Shown here one piece after another: positions 11,222 through 23,454 of a stretch of DNA of 64,000 nucleotides. The notes beneath the pieces were generated by a model that was not told the DNA's origin, did no database searches, and saw only the letters and a program-made list of their open reading frames with translations. Source of the DNA: Azolla caroliniana (taxonomy: Eukaryota; Plantae; Polypodiophyta); contig JBHGNT010000017.1 in NCBI GenBank assembly GCA_043228905.1, positions 13,082,001 to 13,146,000 on the forward strand. The letters are read 5' to 3'. Position numbers and translations under genes: made by a program. Position 1 is the stretch's first letter; every line of letters starts with the position of its first letter.

Positions 11222-12725
11222 TACATGGCCGACTTTACCTCGCTCGACTCAAGGATGAACATACAATCTTCACAACGGCCGTGGGCTACAATTCGATCAT
11301 CTTTTTCGATAAAACAACTGTCATTGTTGAATCATACTTGCATTCCGTGTTAGACAATCTAACCTACTGAGATCAAGTTCTTCGTGATTGTTGGGACATG
11401 CAAGACATTCTTGAGGTAAGTTTGGTCCCCGTCATTTCCGAATGGGACATTCCCGATATGCTGTATTGAATGAGTTGTGTCATCGCCAGTCTCGACATAT
11501 CCGGGTTGATCGGGTTTACGCAACTCCCGGAACCAATCTTCATGAGACGTCATATGGTTGGACGTACCCGAGTCAACAAACCATACACTATTTGAGGCGG
11601 AAGCGCTAGTTGAAGCTCGTGTGGACATTGAGTGTGCTTTATGCCTCATTACGAACATTCCGCCACGATTGCCGTAGTCAGAATTTGTTACGTAGTTCGT
11701 GAGTTGTCGGCCTGCCTCACGTTTCTTCTTCCGGCACTCTTCTTCGTAGTGGCTTGGTTTTTCACAGTACCCGCACTCGACTGGGTTTCGGCGATTGCTC
11801 AGTCCGGCGTTATGACTCCCCCTACCGCCAAGTTCTCTGGGCCCGTTCCTGTCCGCTTGCCACTGGTGGGAGTTACGCCCTTCATTCCGCCGATCATTAT
11901 GGCCTTGTCCGAAACAACCTCTGTTTCCACGACCGAAATCTCTTCTATTATCCGATTGGGAGTAAAGCAAATGACCATGTGATGCGTTGCTCCTCTGTCG
12001 GGCGTGATTCTCTTCGACCAGCAATATCGATTGAAGGTCGAAGAAGGAAGGAGGGTTCTTCCTTGCAAGAATGGCTGATCTAATCGCGCCAAAACGCGGT
12101 GCTAAGCCTTCGAGGTATATCTGCACCAGTTTGTCATCATCAATGAAGACGTTGATTGATACGAGGGTGTCACATAGCTCCTTGATCTTCAAGGTATAGC
12201 TTGAGATTGACATATCCCTTTGTTGGATGTTATTCAGCTCCTGACAAAGTTGGAGCTTGCGTGCGGCCATGTTGGTTACGAAAATCTTTTTGACATTTTC
12301 CCATGCCTGCTTCGGCATTTTTGCCTCTCGAATGTAGCCAAGAATATGATCATGAATGCATGATGCTAGACAATACAACACACGGCTCGCGGCCTGCTCC
12401 CAAGCGGGATAGTCAGCGTGTGTTGGGTTGGGTTGCGATTCGTGAGCTCCTTCAATGTAGGTTCAGTAACCTTGTCCGACAAGGTATTGATGCGTCTTGT
12501 ACTCCCAAGATGCAAAGTTCGTTCTGTCGAGCTTCTCCGTAGGAAGAGCGCTTCCCATTTGAGTATTCATGGTGATTTCTTCTTCTGTTGATTAACCGGT
12601 TCTGTTGATTGTCGGCGTGCAACACAACACAATCGAATAGGTGTGATTAGACAACCACACGCTCTGATACCATGTTAAGAAATGGAGTCTGTGGTGATTG
12701 CAATACATCAGAAGATGAGACACTA

Positions 12726-12758
<33 letters not shown>

Positions 12759-12963
12759 AGCAACAGAGAGAGAGAGAGAGAGAGAGAGATAATCAAAATG
12801 TATATTACATAAGACTTCCAACGGTAACTAAGTTACAATGAGTTGGTTTATATACCAAGTAAGCTAGGGCAAGCGCCCTTTTTGCTATTTACAAAACTAG
12901 CCTGGTATGTCCATGGGCTAGTGTGAACCTATTCCTATGGGAAGTTGAGTTCGATTCTCAACA
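11222..12963 (-). mobile_element. Copia group B 5' half: LTR 12673-12963, Met PBS 12661-12672, gag-protease (ATG 12570)
   Basis: TG..CA LTR; GCTCTGATACCA (reverse complement of TGGTATCAGAGC); ORF 11359-12381 with CGYCEKPSHYEEEC and WFVDSGTS; truncated at about SAMY. Confidence 0.9.
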
Positions 12964-13004
12964 GAGGGGTCACATGGTAGGACACACCCGTTGAGCTTTA
13001 TCGT

Positions 13005-14745
13005 TCATAGCTTTGAGTGCACGACAATCGGCTTTGATGTGCTTGGGTTTCTTGCAATAGTTGCAAATTCGATTGTCCCTGGACTTGCTCCGACTTTGCT
13101 AATTGTTCGGTTGTCGGGAAGGCCCCGAATCAGATATACCTTTGTGGCAGCTATCGTCTTCTCATAAGTGTCTAAGAGTGTCTTCCACAATTGGAAGGCA
13201 GTAGAACACGATTGGGGAGGTCGAATGACTGCGGCCACGTCAATTCGCTTTTTTTCTTTTCGTGTTGGGCCGCGCTGCAATTTTCTAGCTCATCTAAGAG
13301 TTGACCTGATATCTCTATACTGCATGAGTGTGCAATGTTGAACTCATTCTTTTTTACAACATGTAGTGTGGGGGCATGCTTTGAACCCGTAGTCTTTAGG
13401 CCATGAGCCTGACGAGTTGGCCATTTTTTGCTACGGATGTAGCGCGCGTTCTGACTCCACGCTCGCTCTCCGCCCACCGCGGGCCACATGGTAAGTGGCC
13501 TGAGGCAACCAAAAAGATTTTTCTGTTTGTGTTGGCGGAAAATGAGCCATACGGTTTATGCTCAAAGAATATAAAGTTGGACTAATTTGGAAACTCTTGC
13601 CTTTTTGCTGAAAAAGCAATAGAAAAAAGAGCAACAAATTGGTTCGTAACAAAAATAGCTTAAAGTACACTAACTCTGACAAGTGCATCCAAATGGTGGC
13701 TCAGATAATTCTATCGAGTTTCATGCACTCATTCAGCTTGATTCCTTCTAGAGGGTTTTCGTTCTCGATTGGGTCTATCTTACCCTTGAGTATTCGATAG
13801 TCTTGCATCTACTCTTTCCAGAAGTTGAAGTTTGATCCATCGAGCTTCCTCAGGACTGGCTCACCCGATATTGTTCTAGTTGGATTCAAACACAAGTCGA
13901 ATTGGCTTCCCGAGTTGGATAATCGAATCTGTCGATTTGATTCCAATGCCGATTTCGAGATGTCAATCACACATTTTGTGCCGATTATCCACGCCGATCC
14001 TGCTTCGGGTGACTGCAACAATGAGAGGGACAAAGTTGATTGGTCCTCCCGAATGTCGTTCAGCCGAATGAAGCATGGATTGGGGTTGATCCCTGGAGCT
14101 GGATCTAATTTGAGAGGTTTCAATAAATGAGAAGATAGTGTCTAACGTGGTAAAACACGATCGAGGCCGATTTGATAGAGATTCCATTCTGAACGAATGC
14201 AATCATAGAAGCAAGGTACTACTGACTAGCTTACCTTAAGAGTGATCTAGCCCGATGGCGTGCAAATCTTCTGTTTTTTTTTCTCTTCTCAAGATGAGAT
14301 CTTGAACTCAGGTTCTTCAAGGGAGACTAAGCAAGAATGTTGTTGAAGATTACTGACAGCTGGCAATGAGTTGAAGAACCTCTACTCTGACACCAGATGT
14401 TGAGACTTGAGGCTGTCAATGCGAAAACATCAACAACACCTTGACATGAAGATCACCGAGTGTGCATAAATGAAGGCAAGATCAGAGAACAAAATGAGAG
14501 AGAGAGAGAGAGAGATAGACAAAGAGGCACACAATGTAACAGTTTTTATGCAGAATCGTTGCAATACAATGGAGACAATAGCTCTCTAACAATAGCAACA
14601 ACCTTACAAACTAGGTTACAAAGCCCGTTATATACTGAATGGGCTAGGGCAACTGCCCTTTAACATATTTATAGAATTGTCATAAACCTAGTTTATCCAA
14701 GGGACAAATTATGTTAATATGGCCATTATATACCCATATTCGACA
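13005..14745 (-). mobile_element. Copia group A 5' fragment: LTR 14398-14745, decayed Met PBS, leader, broken gag
   Basis: CTCTGACACCA next to the LTR; gag pieces KLDGSNFNFWKE, MHLSELVYF, QSCSTAFQLWKTLLDTYEK; interrupted by a non-TE insert at ~13216-13661. Confidence 0.8.
13366..13440 (-). pseudogene. Decayed tRNA-Met(CAT), organellar fMet-like
   Basis: Minus strand TGGCCAACTCGTCAGG-CTCATGG-CCTAAAGACTACGGGTTCAAAGCATGCCCCCAC has an anticodon arm with CAT and a GGTTCAAA T-loop. It resembles plant mitochondrial trnfM as I recall it. Acceptor stem broken. Confidence 0.6.
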
Positions 14746-16139
14746 ATGAGGGGTGTCATCACCAGTTTCGACGACCCCCAGCCGTTCCAGCTTCTCTAGC
14801 ATCGAGAACCATTCCTTGTGATTCGTCATATGGTTCAATGCGTTGGAAGCCAGGTACCACACCTTGTTCGACTTAGAGGTGCTCGCCACCATCGAGTTGG
14901 TTTTGTGCTTCATTACGAAGCCTAGACCCTTTTCGGCTTGACCTGAACCTTCAGCGTATTGTGATATCCAACACCTATCAGCATCACCTCAGCTCAATCC
15001 GGCTCAGTCCAAATGGGCGTGCTTTTTCCAGCACTCATCTCTTTGTGGCCCTTCTGGCTACAGTACCAACTATCTTTCACGGCCTTCCCTTGCCTGCTTT
15101 CGACATTGCCTTGACTCACCTTGCTCATGGAGGGTTCGGAGCTACTATCAACATTTCTATTATGCCGGGAGTTTTGCTCTTGCTGGTCGCCTCCATTGCG
15201 TGCCGACCTGCCTCATCCTCCATGACCATGGGGCCTTTCTGCCTCTGCGTACAACATCTTACTTTTGGCGTGTGTGCTTATCGACGCACCCGTGTGGTTC
15301 TCTTCAATGAGCAACATCGATTGCAGCTTGAAAAACGAAGGCATATTCTCCCTCGTGCAGACCGTCATTCGGAATGATCCGAACTTCGATACCAACCCTC
15401 TGAGGCAAACTTGCACCATCTCGTCTTCTTCAACTGTGGCATTGATAGACCCAAGAGAGTCGTAGATCTCCTTAATCTTGGAGGTGTAATCAGCCACCGA
15501 CATATGTCTCTGTCAGATGTTGCTCAACTCTTGTCTGAGTTGTAGCTTTCTGACTGTGGTGCTTGCGGCGAAAATCTTCTTCAGATTTTCCTGAGCATCC
15601 TTCAATGTTTTGGCGTCCCGGATGTAGCTCAATAGTTGGTCACTCACACAAGATTCAAAGCAGTAAAGAACTCATGAGTGGGCTAACACAAAGAATACGT
15701 TCCCTTGTCGGCAACAGGGCATTCTTAACCCTCACGCTCTGATACTATGTAAAAGAATATGTGTGCAACAGTGTATGCGATAGACACAGAGTACATTGTT
15801 GGTTATTCGGCAACACGACAGTTACGTAAACATAGAGTTGAGATGAGAGAGACAGATAGATAAACAAACAAAGAATAGACAACAACAATCTTCTATTAAC
15901 AAAATGTTCTTTGTACATACAATGTGCTCGGTGAGCACTATTTATACAAGCCCTCATGAGTGGGCTGACACAAATACTATCAGTACTTTAATGCTCATGA
16001 ATGAGCCTAACACTAACTCTAGTTGTAATATTCCTATTTACTAAAATAGGAATATAGGCCCTTACGGCCTATGGGACTCCAGCCGATTCGGGCCTAGCCG
16101 ATCAGTCTCCAACCGATTTGGCTCTTGGCTTCTTCAACA
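14746..16139 (-). mobile_element. Copia group B-like 5' fragment: gag-protease remnant, PBS 15736-15747, LTR 15748-16139
   Basis: Gag MSVADYTSKIKEIYDSLGSIN..., protease VWYLASNALNHMT; GCTCTGATACTA PBS; TGT..AACA LTR; cut in the protease by the group A LTR. Confidence 0.8.
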
Positions 16140-16623
16140 AATTCGACCCACTCAATAAATATGTTTATTAACCCTCTTGCTAAGAGTTCTAGCACCCACA
16201 AGGAAGAGAGATTGGTGTTCTATAACTACACACTTCACTAATCTCTCTTAAGCTTAAGGAATATAAGGAGGAGAGGAAGCTCTAACTCTTAATCAATAGG
16301 GAGATCTTTACAAATGGAAGAACCCTTACAAAGACACCACAATGTGGTTTATATACCATTTACATTTAGAGTATGAGTCTTTCACACTTTGCCGCCCATT
16401 AGCTCCCTTTCCTCTTGTCATTCCCTCTTCATAGTCCCTTTAACCGTACTAGGTCCTTGTTGATGTGGCCTTCTTCATGACCAATCATGGTGCAATCCAT
16501 GTGCTTAACACACTCAATCTGAATCTTGTTATGGAAGTGAAAAGGGAAAAGGGTCATCTTGTGGTTGGCATGGGATCATCTTTGTACTCCGAAGCATCTT
16601 GCTAGGACATGAATTTTGAATTT

Positions 16624-19600
16624 TGTTGAGAGATCAAGCTCAACTTAGTTTAGTTAGTTAGTCAACAATGTAACTTCGTAGTTACCTAGATAGAATCTAG
16701 TTAGAAGTGTTGACTATAACTCCTTAAATAGGACCTTGTACTTAAGTGGGATATTCTAGATCCTCCACTCCTAAGTACATTTAATATAGGACTTACACAT
16801 TAGTACCTATATTCTACTCACACATGTGCACCTTTGCACATGAGATGTATATATACCTCATTGTGGGTATTTTTGTATTTGATGATATTGAAGCTAATTT
16901 AATATACTTACTCATCCCCCATCTTGTGTCATTCATAAGTGTATCTCTCTCTCTCTCTCTCACACACACACATACACACATATCACTTAATCTTCCGCGC
17001 TTAACTTAATCACATAATTAGGTAATAATTATTCCTTAATTAATTACCTAATCCTTAACATGGTATCAGAGCGAGTGGTTTAGCACATCCACTAAGCCCA
17101 TCTGCCTCTTCATAATAGTGTGTTCGAGACACCGACGACAAAATCCGGCTATCGACTACCGTAGTGCCGCTACGTAGCACGTGTACGTGATCGACGGAAG
17201 AAAAACAAAAGAAGAGAAGACACAATCAACATGAACACACAAATGGGTAGCGAGTCGCTCCCTAGAAAAAAGCTAGACCGGAGCGATTATTCATCTTGGG
17301 AGTACAAGATCACCCAATACCTCGTCGGCCAAGGGTATTGGAGCTACATCAATGGCGCACTCGAGAACAAGCCCGACAACACAAATGCCAACTACCCAAT
17401 GTGGGAGCAAGGAGCGAGTCGGGTAATGTATTGCTTGGCAACATGTGTCCAGGACCACATGCTTAGCCACATTCGAGACGCCAAGACGCCTAAAGAGGCA
17501 TGGGAGAACATAAAGAAAATGTCCGCTGCCAACACGACCGCCTACAAACTTCAACTCCGGCAAGAGTTGAATAACATTCGGCAAAAAGACATGTCTGTGT
17601 CGGACTACACCGCCAAAATCAAGAGCATTTGTGACTCGCTTGGCTCCATCAACATAAACGTCGACGAAGACGAGATGGTTCAAGTATGCTTGGGCGGCCT
17701 CGCACAATGATTCGATCCATTACGGATGGCAATCTTGGCGAGAGAAAAGCCTCTGTCATTCTTCAACCTCCAATCAATGCTATTGGTCGAAGAGAATCAC
17801 GTTCAAACTAAAAGCAAGACATCGGAAGGACAAATGTTCTTTTCGAATTCGGACGGTGGCCGAGGAGGAGATCACGGCGGTAGAAGAGGCCAATTCGGCC
17901 CATCACACAAAGGGAACTCAAACCTTCACGGAAGCCATCGAGGAACCTTCGGAAGAAGGGGGAGCTTCCACGCCGAACATGGTCGGCAAATGAGGCCCGC
18001 AACTTGCAACTATTGATGCAAAATCGGTCACCACGAGGAGGAATGTCGAAAAAGATGAAGCGAGTCGGCTTCCACGAATCGACAACACACGAATTACGCC
18101 GTCAACTCCGAATACGATGATTACAGCGGACTATTCGTAATGAGGCATAGAGCGAACTCTATGACGGTCTCCAACTCCGCAAGCACCTCCAACTCGGAAG
18201 ACGTGTGGTTCGTCAATTCCGGCACCTTACATCACATGACATCTCACGAAGAGTGGTTTCGTGATTTACGAACGCCGGATCGACCCGGCTTCATAGAGAC
18301 GGGAGACGACACCACGCACCCCATTCGGCACATCGGCAATGTCCCATTTGGGAAAGAAGGCGAGCAAACTTGCATCAAGAATGTCTTGCACGTGCCCACA
18401 ATAACGAAGAATTTGGTCTCGGTCGGCCAAATCGTGGAGCAAGGCATGCAAGTCCGCTTCAACAATGAAGGTTGCTTTATCGAGAAAGATGGTCAACTCA
18501 TAGCGAAGGGGCGGAGAGACGGTCGAATGTTCATCCTCGATTCGAACGAGGTGAAATCGGCAATGTATGCTAAAGGTCTCAAAACCGAGACAGGCATCGA
18601 GTTGTGGCACAAGAGAATCGGCCACAAAAACCTCCAACGGCTTCGAGCGATGCAAACCAAGGGAGTCGTCATCGGACTTCCGACATTCGAGTCAAAACGA
18701 GTCGACCGAGTATGCAAAGCGTGTCAACTCGGCAAACAACATCGACTCCCATTCCCGAAGGAGAGCTCCGCAAGCAAAGGCCTCCTCGACGTCATACACT
18801 CGGATGTATGGGGACCGACTCAAACGCCGACAATCGACGGATGCCGATACTACGTAACCTTCATCTACGACTACTCGCATTACACATGGATCTACCCGAT
18901 GAAGAAGAAGAGCGAAGTGTTCTCCCACTTCCAAAAGCTCAAGGGGCAAGTCGAAAAAGAAACCGGTTGGCACATTCAATGCCTACGATCGGATGGAGGA
19001 AAGGAGTACTTCTCCAACGAGTTCACCGCCTACCTCCAAAGTGAAGGCATTCGAAGAGAATTCTCATGCCGAGACACACCCCAACAAAATGGAGTCGCCG
19101 AAAGAAAAAATCGGCAAATACTCGAGGTAGCACGTGGCATAATGCATGAGAAGCAAATGCCGAATTTCTATTGGGCCGAAGCGGCATCCACGGCCGTCTA
19201 TCTCATGAATCGATGCACAACCAATGGAGTCCATGAGCTAACTCCCTACGAGCTCCTCGTCGGAAGGAAGCCGATCCTGTCGCACCTCAAGGTGTTTGGA
19301 AGCATTGCAAATGTACGCATCCTGAACGAACAACGACAGAAGCCCGACGCGAAGTCGGAGGAATGCATCCTCATAGGATACTCGTCCGAGAAGAAGGCGT
19401 ACAAGTGTTACAACCCTTCTACCCGAGCGGTTCGGGTAAGTCGAGATGTAGTCTTCTACGAGTCCGCATCATGGTACGCACCAGAGGCAACTTTGACTCT
19501 GACTTCGGTCGACCCGGAATCCGCCGAACAAGAGGTAGAAGATGGAGATCACTTCGAATACGTGTTCGAAGAAAGTCCGATTACGACTGAGCTTAGTGGG

Positions 19601-20450
19601 CCACAAGAGCCCCCACACTACCCAAGCACGTCGTGGCCAAGTACGAACTTGGACAAAGGCAAAGGTAAGATGGTCAAATACGAAGTCGATCACCTCGACG
19701 ACAATGATTTGGATGGATCGGCTCCCTCACTAGATAGTGAGTTAGGTGTACCCATCATGCGGACACCTGGAATAAAGAAGACGCTCACATCGGCGAGCGA
19801 AAAACTTCGACGCTCTTCTAGAGAGAAGAATCTCGTCACTCGGCTCGGCTACAACGAGTATATGGCCCATCATTACGCCTTCGCGATGAAGGTAGCAGCC
19901 GAACAAGAGCCCATGAGCTCCACCGAAGCGGCTCGAAACCCAAGATGGGTAGAAGTAGTCGACCTTCGCCCACACACTACAAGCCTTCGTCACCGGCTTG
20001 AGGGGGAGGACCCGAGATTGCCATGGCGAAGAAAGCCGAAGGCCGGACGGAAGCCACACAGAAGCCAACATCGAAAGTCGGACAACGCCGAAAACAACGT
20101 CGGATGTCGGACGCCTCACACTTGAGCTTGAGGGAGCGTGTTGAGAGATCAAGCTCAACTTAGTTTAGTTAATTAGTCAACAATGTAACTTCGTAGTTAC
20201 CTAGATAGAATCTAGTTAGAAGTTTTGACTATAACGCCTTAAATAGGACCTTGTACTTAAGTGGGATATTCTAGATCCTCCACTCCTAAGTACATTTAAT
20301 ATAGGACTTGCACATTAGTACCTATATTCTACTCACACATGTGCACCTTTGCACATGAGATGTATATATACCTCATTGTGGGTATTTTTGTATTTGATGA
20401 TGTTGAAGCTAATTTAATATACTTACTCATCCCCCATCTTGTGTCATTCA

Positions 20451-20509
<59 letters not shown>

Positions 20510-20597
20510 TACGCACATATCACTTAATCTTCTACGCTTAACTTAATCACATAATTAGGTAATAATTATTCCTTAATCAATTACCTAATCCTTAACA
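16624..20597 (+). mobile_element. Copia group B element with both LTRs and TSD, lacking RT/RNaseH
   Basis: LTRs 16624-17060 and 20139-20597 (about 10 substitutions plus a microsatellite length change); TSD AATTT; PBS TGGTATCAGAGC at 17061; gag from 17231 with stops; PR-INT ORF 18140-20125 jumps from ARNPRWVE directly to the end-of-pol sequence. Confidence 0.95.
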
Positions 20598-21600
20598 AAT
20601 TTATACAAGCAAATGGTGGCTCGTTGATTTACTTTCATTTGATTTATGTTTGTGGGTGTACAACCTTGGACAAAAATGGTGGCTTACTTCATAGAGAAGA
20701 CATGAATTAAGCTTGGAAACATTACGATAAATGTTAATTAGTGGAATGTCATTAATTCTGAAAGGGATGTCAAATGTGTAAGGTATCTCATAAGTAATCA
20801 ATTGGCAAAGTATGTTGAATTTTGTGCAATGGCAAAGTATCTCACAAGAAAGGGAATGTGTCAATTCATTACAAATGGAGGTTTTGGCAACATTAAGGTT
20901 GTTTGGATGAGAAACTAAACCATTTCTTAACCTTCAATTTAATTGGATGGCTAGATTGGGTTTGTTAACAATCAAGGATGCTATATTGGTATGAAGAAGA
21001 TTAATGGCCTTTTCAACAACAAGATCAACATTTTGTATTCCAAGATGTTATACTTTTATTTGGGATAAGTTGAAAGGATTATTATCATCATATGAGTTAA
21101 TTCTTGATTTCGATGTGTATCAATTTAGTGTGGATGTCTTTGACTGGGGTAAGACTACCTTCATTCAATTGGGGTTTTGCACATATGGAGAAGAGTGAAC
21201 CAATGTCTCATTTCCAAATTATTTTTGAGTTCTTGAGGTATTGGGGGTTATGATTCAATTGGAATATGTTGAATGCTTTCACATTGATTCGCAAGTTGGG
21301 GTGAGAAATATATATTGTAAAGTTAAAAAGACTTCTTTTGTGGCAACTAATTGTGTTATAGAAGTCACGAAAGCTTAACCATGAAGAGAGAGAGAGAACC
21401 TCAGCAAGGACATATATCATCATATTCGATATTGAATTGGTTTGTAGGGTGGGATTGAGTTTGTAGTCGTAATAGTAGTATTTAGATCCCTAGAAGGGTT
21501 CTTCTATACTTTGTTCTAAGTTATTGGTCATGTTGGTGTTTTTTTTTTCATAATGAAAGCCATTATTTATGGAGGGAGAGAGAGAGAGAGAGAGAGAGAG

Positions 21601-21800
21601 ACTTAGGTTTCGAACCCAAGACATAGCGCTAGTAGTGTAACAACTTACCACTCATGGTAAAAGAGAAAGAGAAAGCAATCAACAGATACTCTTTTATAAA
21701 TTTTTGGAATGTGGTTGTTTTGTTTAAAATTGTAATTACCTTACCCTTGTGGTAAGTTGTTAGCACTACAAGCATTGCGTTGTGGGTTTGAAACCTAACT
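21601..21800. repeat. Inverted pair of ~60-bp tRNA/SINE-like heads
   Basis: The reverse complement of 21601-21660 (TTACCATGAGTGGTAAGTTGTTACACTAC...GGGTTCGAAACCTAAGT) aligns to 21741-21800 (TTACCCTTGTGGTAAGTTGTTAGCACTAC...GGGTTTGAAACCTAACT); B-box GGTTCGAAACC. Confidence 0.7.
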
Positions 21801-21849
21801 TCCTTACCTCTCTATTATATACTTCTTATATATCTCTTAATTCACATAC

Positions 21850-22052
21850 TTCTTATATATCTCTTCATTCATAGATGCCAATGTGGTCTCCATTGGGCAA
21901 CCTTACATCCATCAAGGCTTATATATCTCTTAATTCACTAGATGCCATTGTGCTCTCCATTCCATCGGGCAACCTTACATCCATGAGGGCTTATATATCT
22001 CTTAATTCACTAGATGCCACTGTGGTCTCCATTGGGCAACCTTACGTCCATA
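21850..22052 (+). repeat. Tandem repeat, three units of ~66-72 bp
   Basis: CTTATATATCTCTTAATTCACTAGATGCCA...GGGCAACCTTACATCCAT repeated three times. Confidence 0.85.
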
Positions 22053-22114
22053 TGGGGGGGGGGGGGTGTTTCTCTCTCTCTCTCTTTCTTTGAGTGTGTT
22101 GTTTTAGAGGGATT

Positions 22115-22192
22115 TAGGGTTTGTTCAGGCCCCAATAAAAAGTACAGCAGGGGATAGACAGGTGCAGGGTGGGCAGCTATATATATATATAT
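22115..22192 (+). promoter_or_regulatory. Candidate promoter of the snoRNA cluster (telo-box, GGCCC, TATA-like run)
   Basis: TTAGGGTTT at 22115-22123, GGCCC near 22128 and a (TA)n run at ~22178-22192, 50-130 bp upstream of the first C box. Telo-boxes are typical of plant ribosome-biogenesis promoters. Confidence 0.45.
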
Positions 22193-22243
22193 GTAGGTTG
22201 CTTCATTGTCACAGAGCTAAGGGACCAGATGAGATGAGATGAG

Positions 22244-22329
22244 ATGATGAGGGTTTATTATACATGTGCAGAAGCTCCTCGCGTATGATGCTTACTTAAC
22301 AAACAGAAAATTTGTCATAGTTACACTGA
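22244..22329 (+). ncRNA. Box C/D snoRNA, SNORD46/U40/snR63-like, copy 1
   Basis: C box ATGATGA 22244-22250, C'-like ATGATGC, D box CTGA 22326-22329 preceded by GTCATAGTTAC-A, which is complementary to conserved LSU rRNA GUAACUAUGAC. Confidence 0.8.
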
Positions 22330-22330
22330 T

Positions 22331-22388
<58 letters not shown>

Positions 22389-22411
22389 GTCGATACAAAG
22401 TTGAGCCCCAA

Positions 22412-22494
22412 GTGATGATCGTAAATCTCAGAAAGACCATACACTTCCTTTAGTAGGTGATGGATCACATTATTTTTTGTCATAGTTACACTGA
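22412..22494 (+). ncRNA. Box C/D snoRNA, SNORD46/U40/snR63-like, copy 2
   Basis: C box GTGATGA 22412-22418, C'-like GTGATGG, the same guide followed by D box CTGA 22491-22494, and a short terminal stem CCA/TGG. Confidence 0.8.
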
Positions 22495-23144
22495 TGGTTG
22501 CCTGCTCTCTTTGTTTCCACCTCATTCCTTCGATTTTGATCTCTCTGAAAATGTCTGCAACTATTGTGTCGTTTCCTCTTGAGGGTTTTTTTTTTTTCTA
22601 TTTCGGCGCTGGTTTAGATGAGGGTGTTTGCTATGGTAACAAGAAATCTTTCTTGGATTTTACGATATGACGTTAACGCAGTAGAGAAATGGCCGGATGA
22701 ATGGCAGTGCCTGCTTATTAAATAAATGTATGAAATGACAATGGATCGATTTCACGACAGGCAACCGATTGTAAGATTGACATACGTGAATATGGAGATG
22801 GCAATGGAGAGTGGCTTATATATATATCCTTTATGATGTGATGAATGGATGTGATGAAGTCCTTTTTGTGGGATGCAGTGAAGGTAACGATGGATGGGTT
22901 TGGGTTAGGGTTTGATGCGAAACCTGCAATTTCACCATGATTGTTGTGCATTAAAACTGGACCAAAAAACTTAGGAGAAGTTGTTGGTATGGATTGCCGT
23001 GTATGTATTTTACTTAATAACAAGGAGTCATGAATCCATTGCTAGAAAGCACCAATTAGTAGCGAAAGGTTTGGGTATGTAAGAAATGCATACCGAGTAG
23101 GAAATTCCTTGTATTGAGGGAAGCTCGACCCAATATGTGGTATG

Positions 23145-23454
23145 TAGGAATTGGCAATGGTTTGGTTTTGGCTTAACTGTTTTGGCATTGTCCAAACCAA
23201 ACCAGTTAGCCTTAATTGGCTGGCTTGAGAGTTTTAAAACTTGAATTGAACGAGCTCCTAAATCAGTTAAGGCAAATCAAGTAGCCTTAACCAATTTGGG
23301 AACCAGTTTAGCTCGAAATGGTTCTATTCAGCTTGAGCCATCCCAAGTTGAGATCAGACTGGTTGAAGAAGCTTTAAGCCTTAACTTTATGAACCGCCAA
23401 ACCATTGTTATAATGACTTTGTTTAGGGTTGAGTTGAGCTTTTGTCAACTCATA
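23145..23454 (+). mobile_element. Old non-autonomous DNA transposon related to the MITE at 42110
   Basis: Begins TAGGAATTGGCAA, ends TTGTCAACTCATA, and is collinear by eye with 42110-42417; TSD not recognisable. Confidence 0.6.

Noticed and set aside
6051-12963. One copia element split by an inversion (plus-strand 3' half, minus-strand 5' half)
   Set aside because: The overlapping ~60 bp and the 3' parts of the two LTRs are too diverged to come from one insertion.
20598-21450. Possible decayed gene or LINE 3' end
   Set aside because: No motif I can identify in any frame.
22840-22900. Extra GTGATGA C-box motifs suggesting a third snoRNA
   Set aside because: No D box with an rRNA-complementary guide at a suitable distance.
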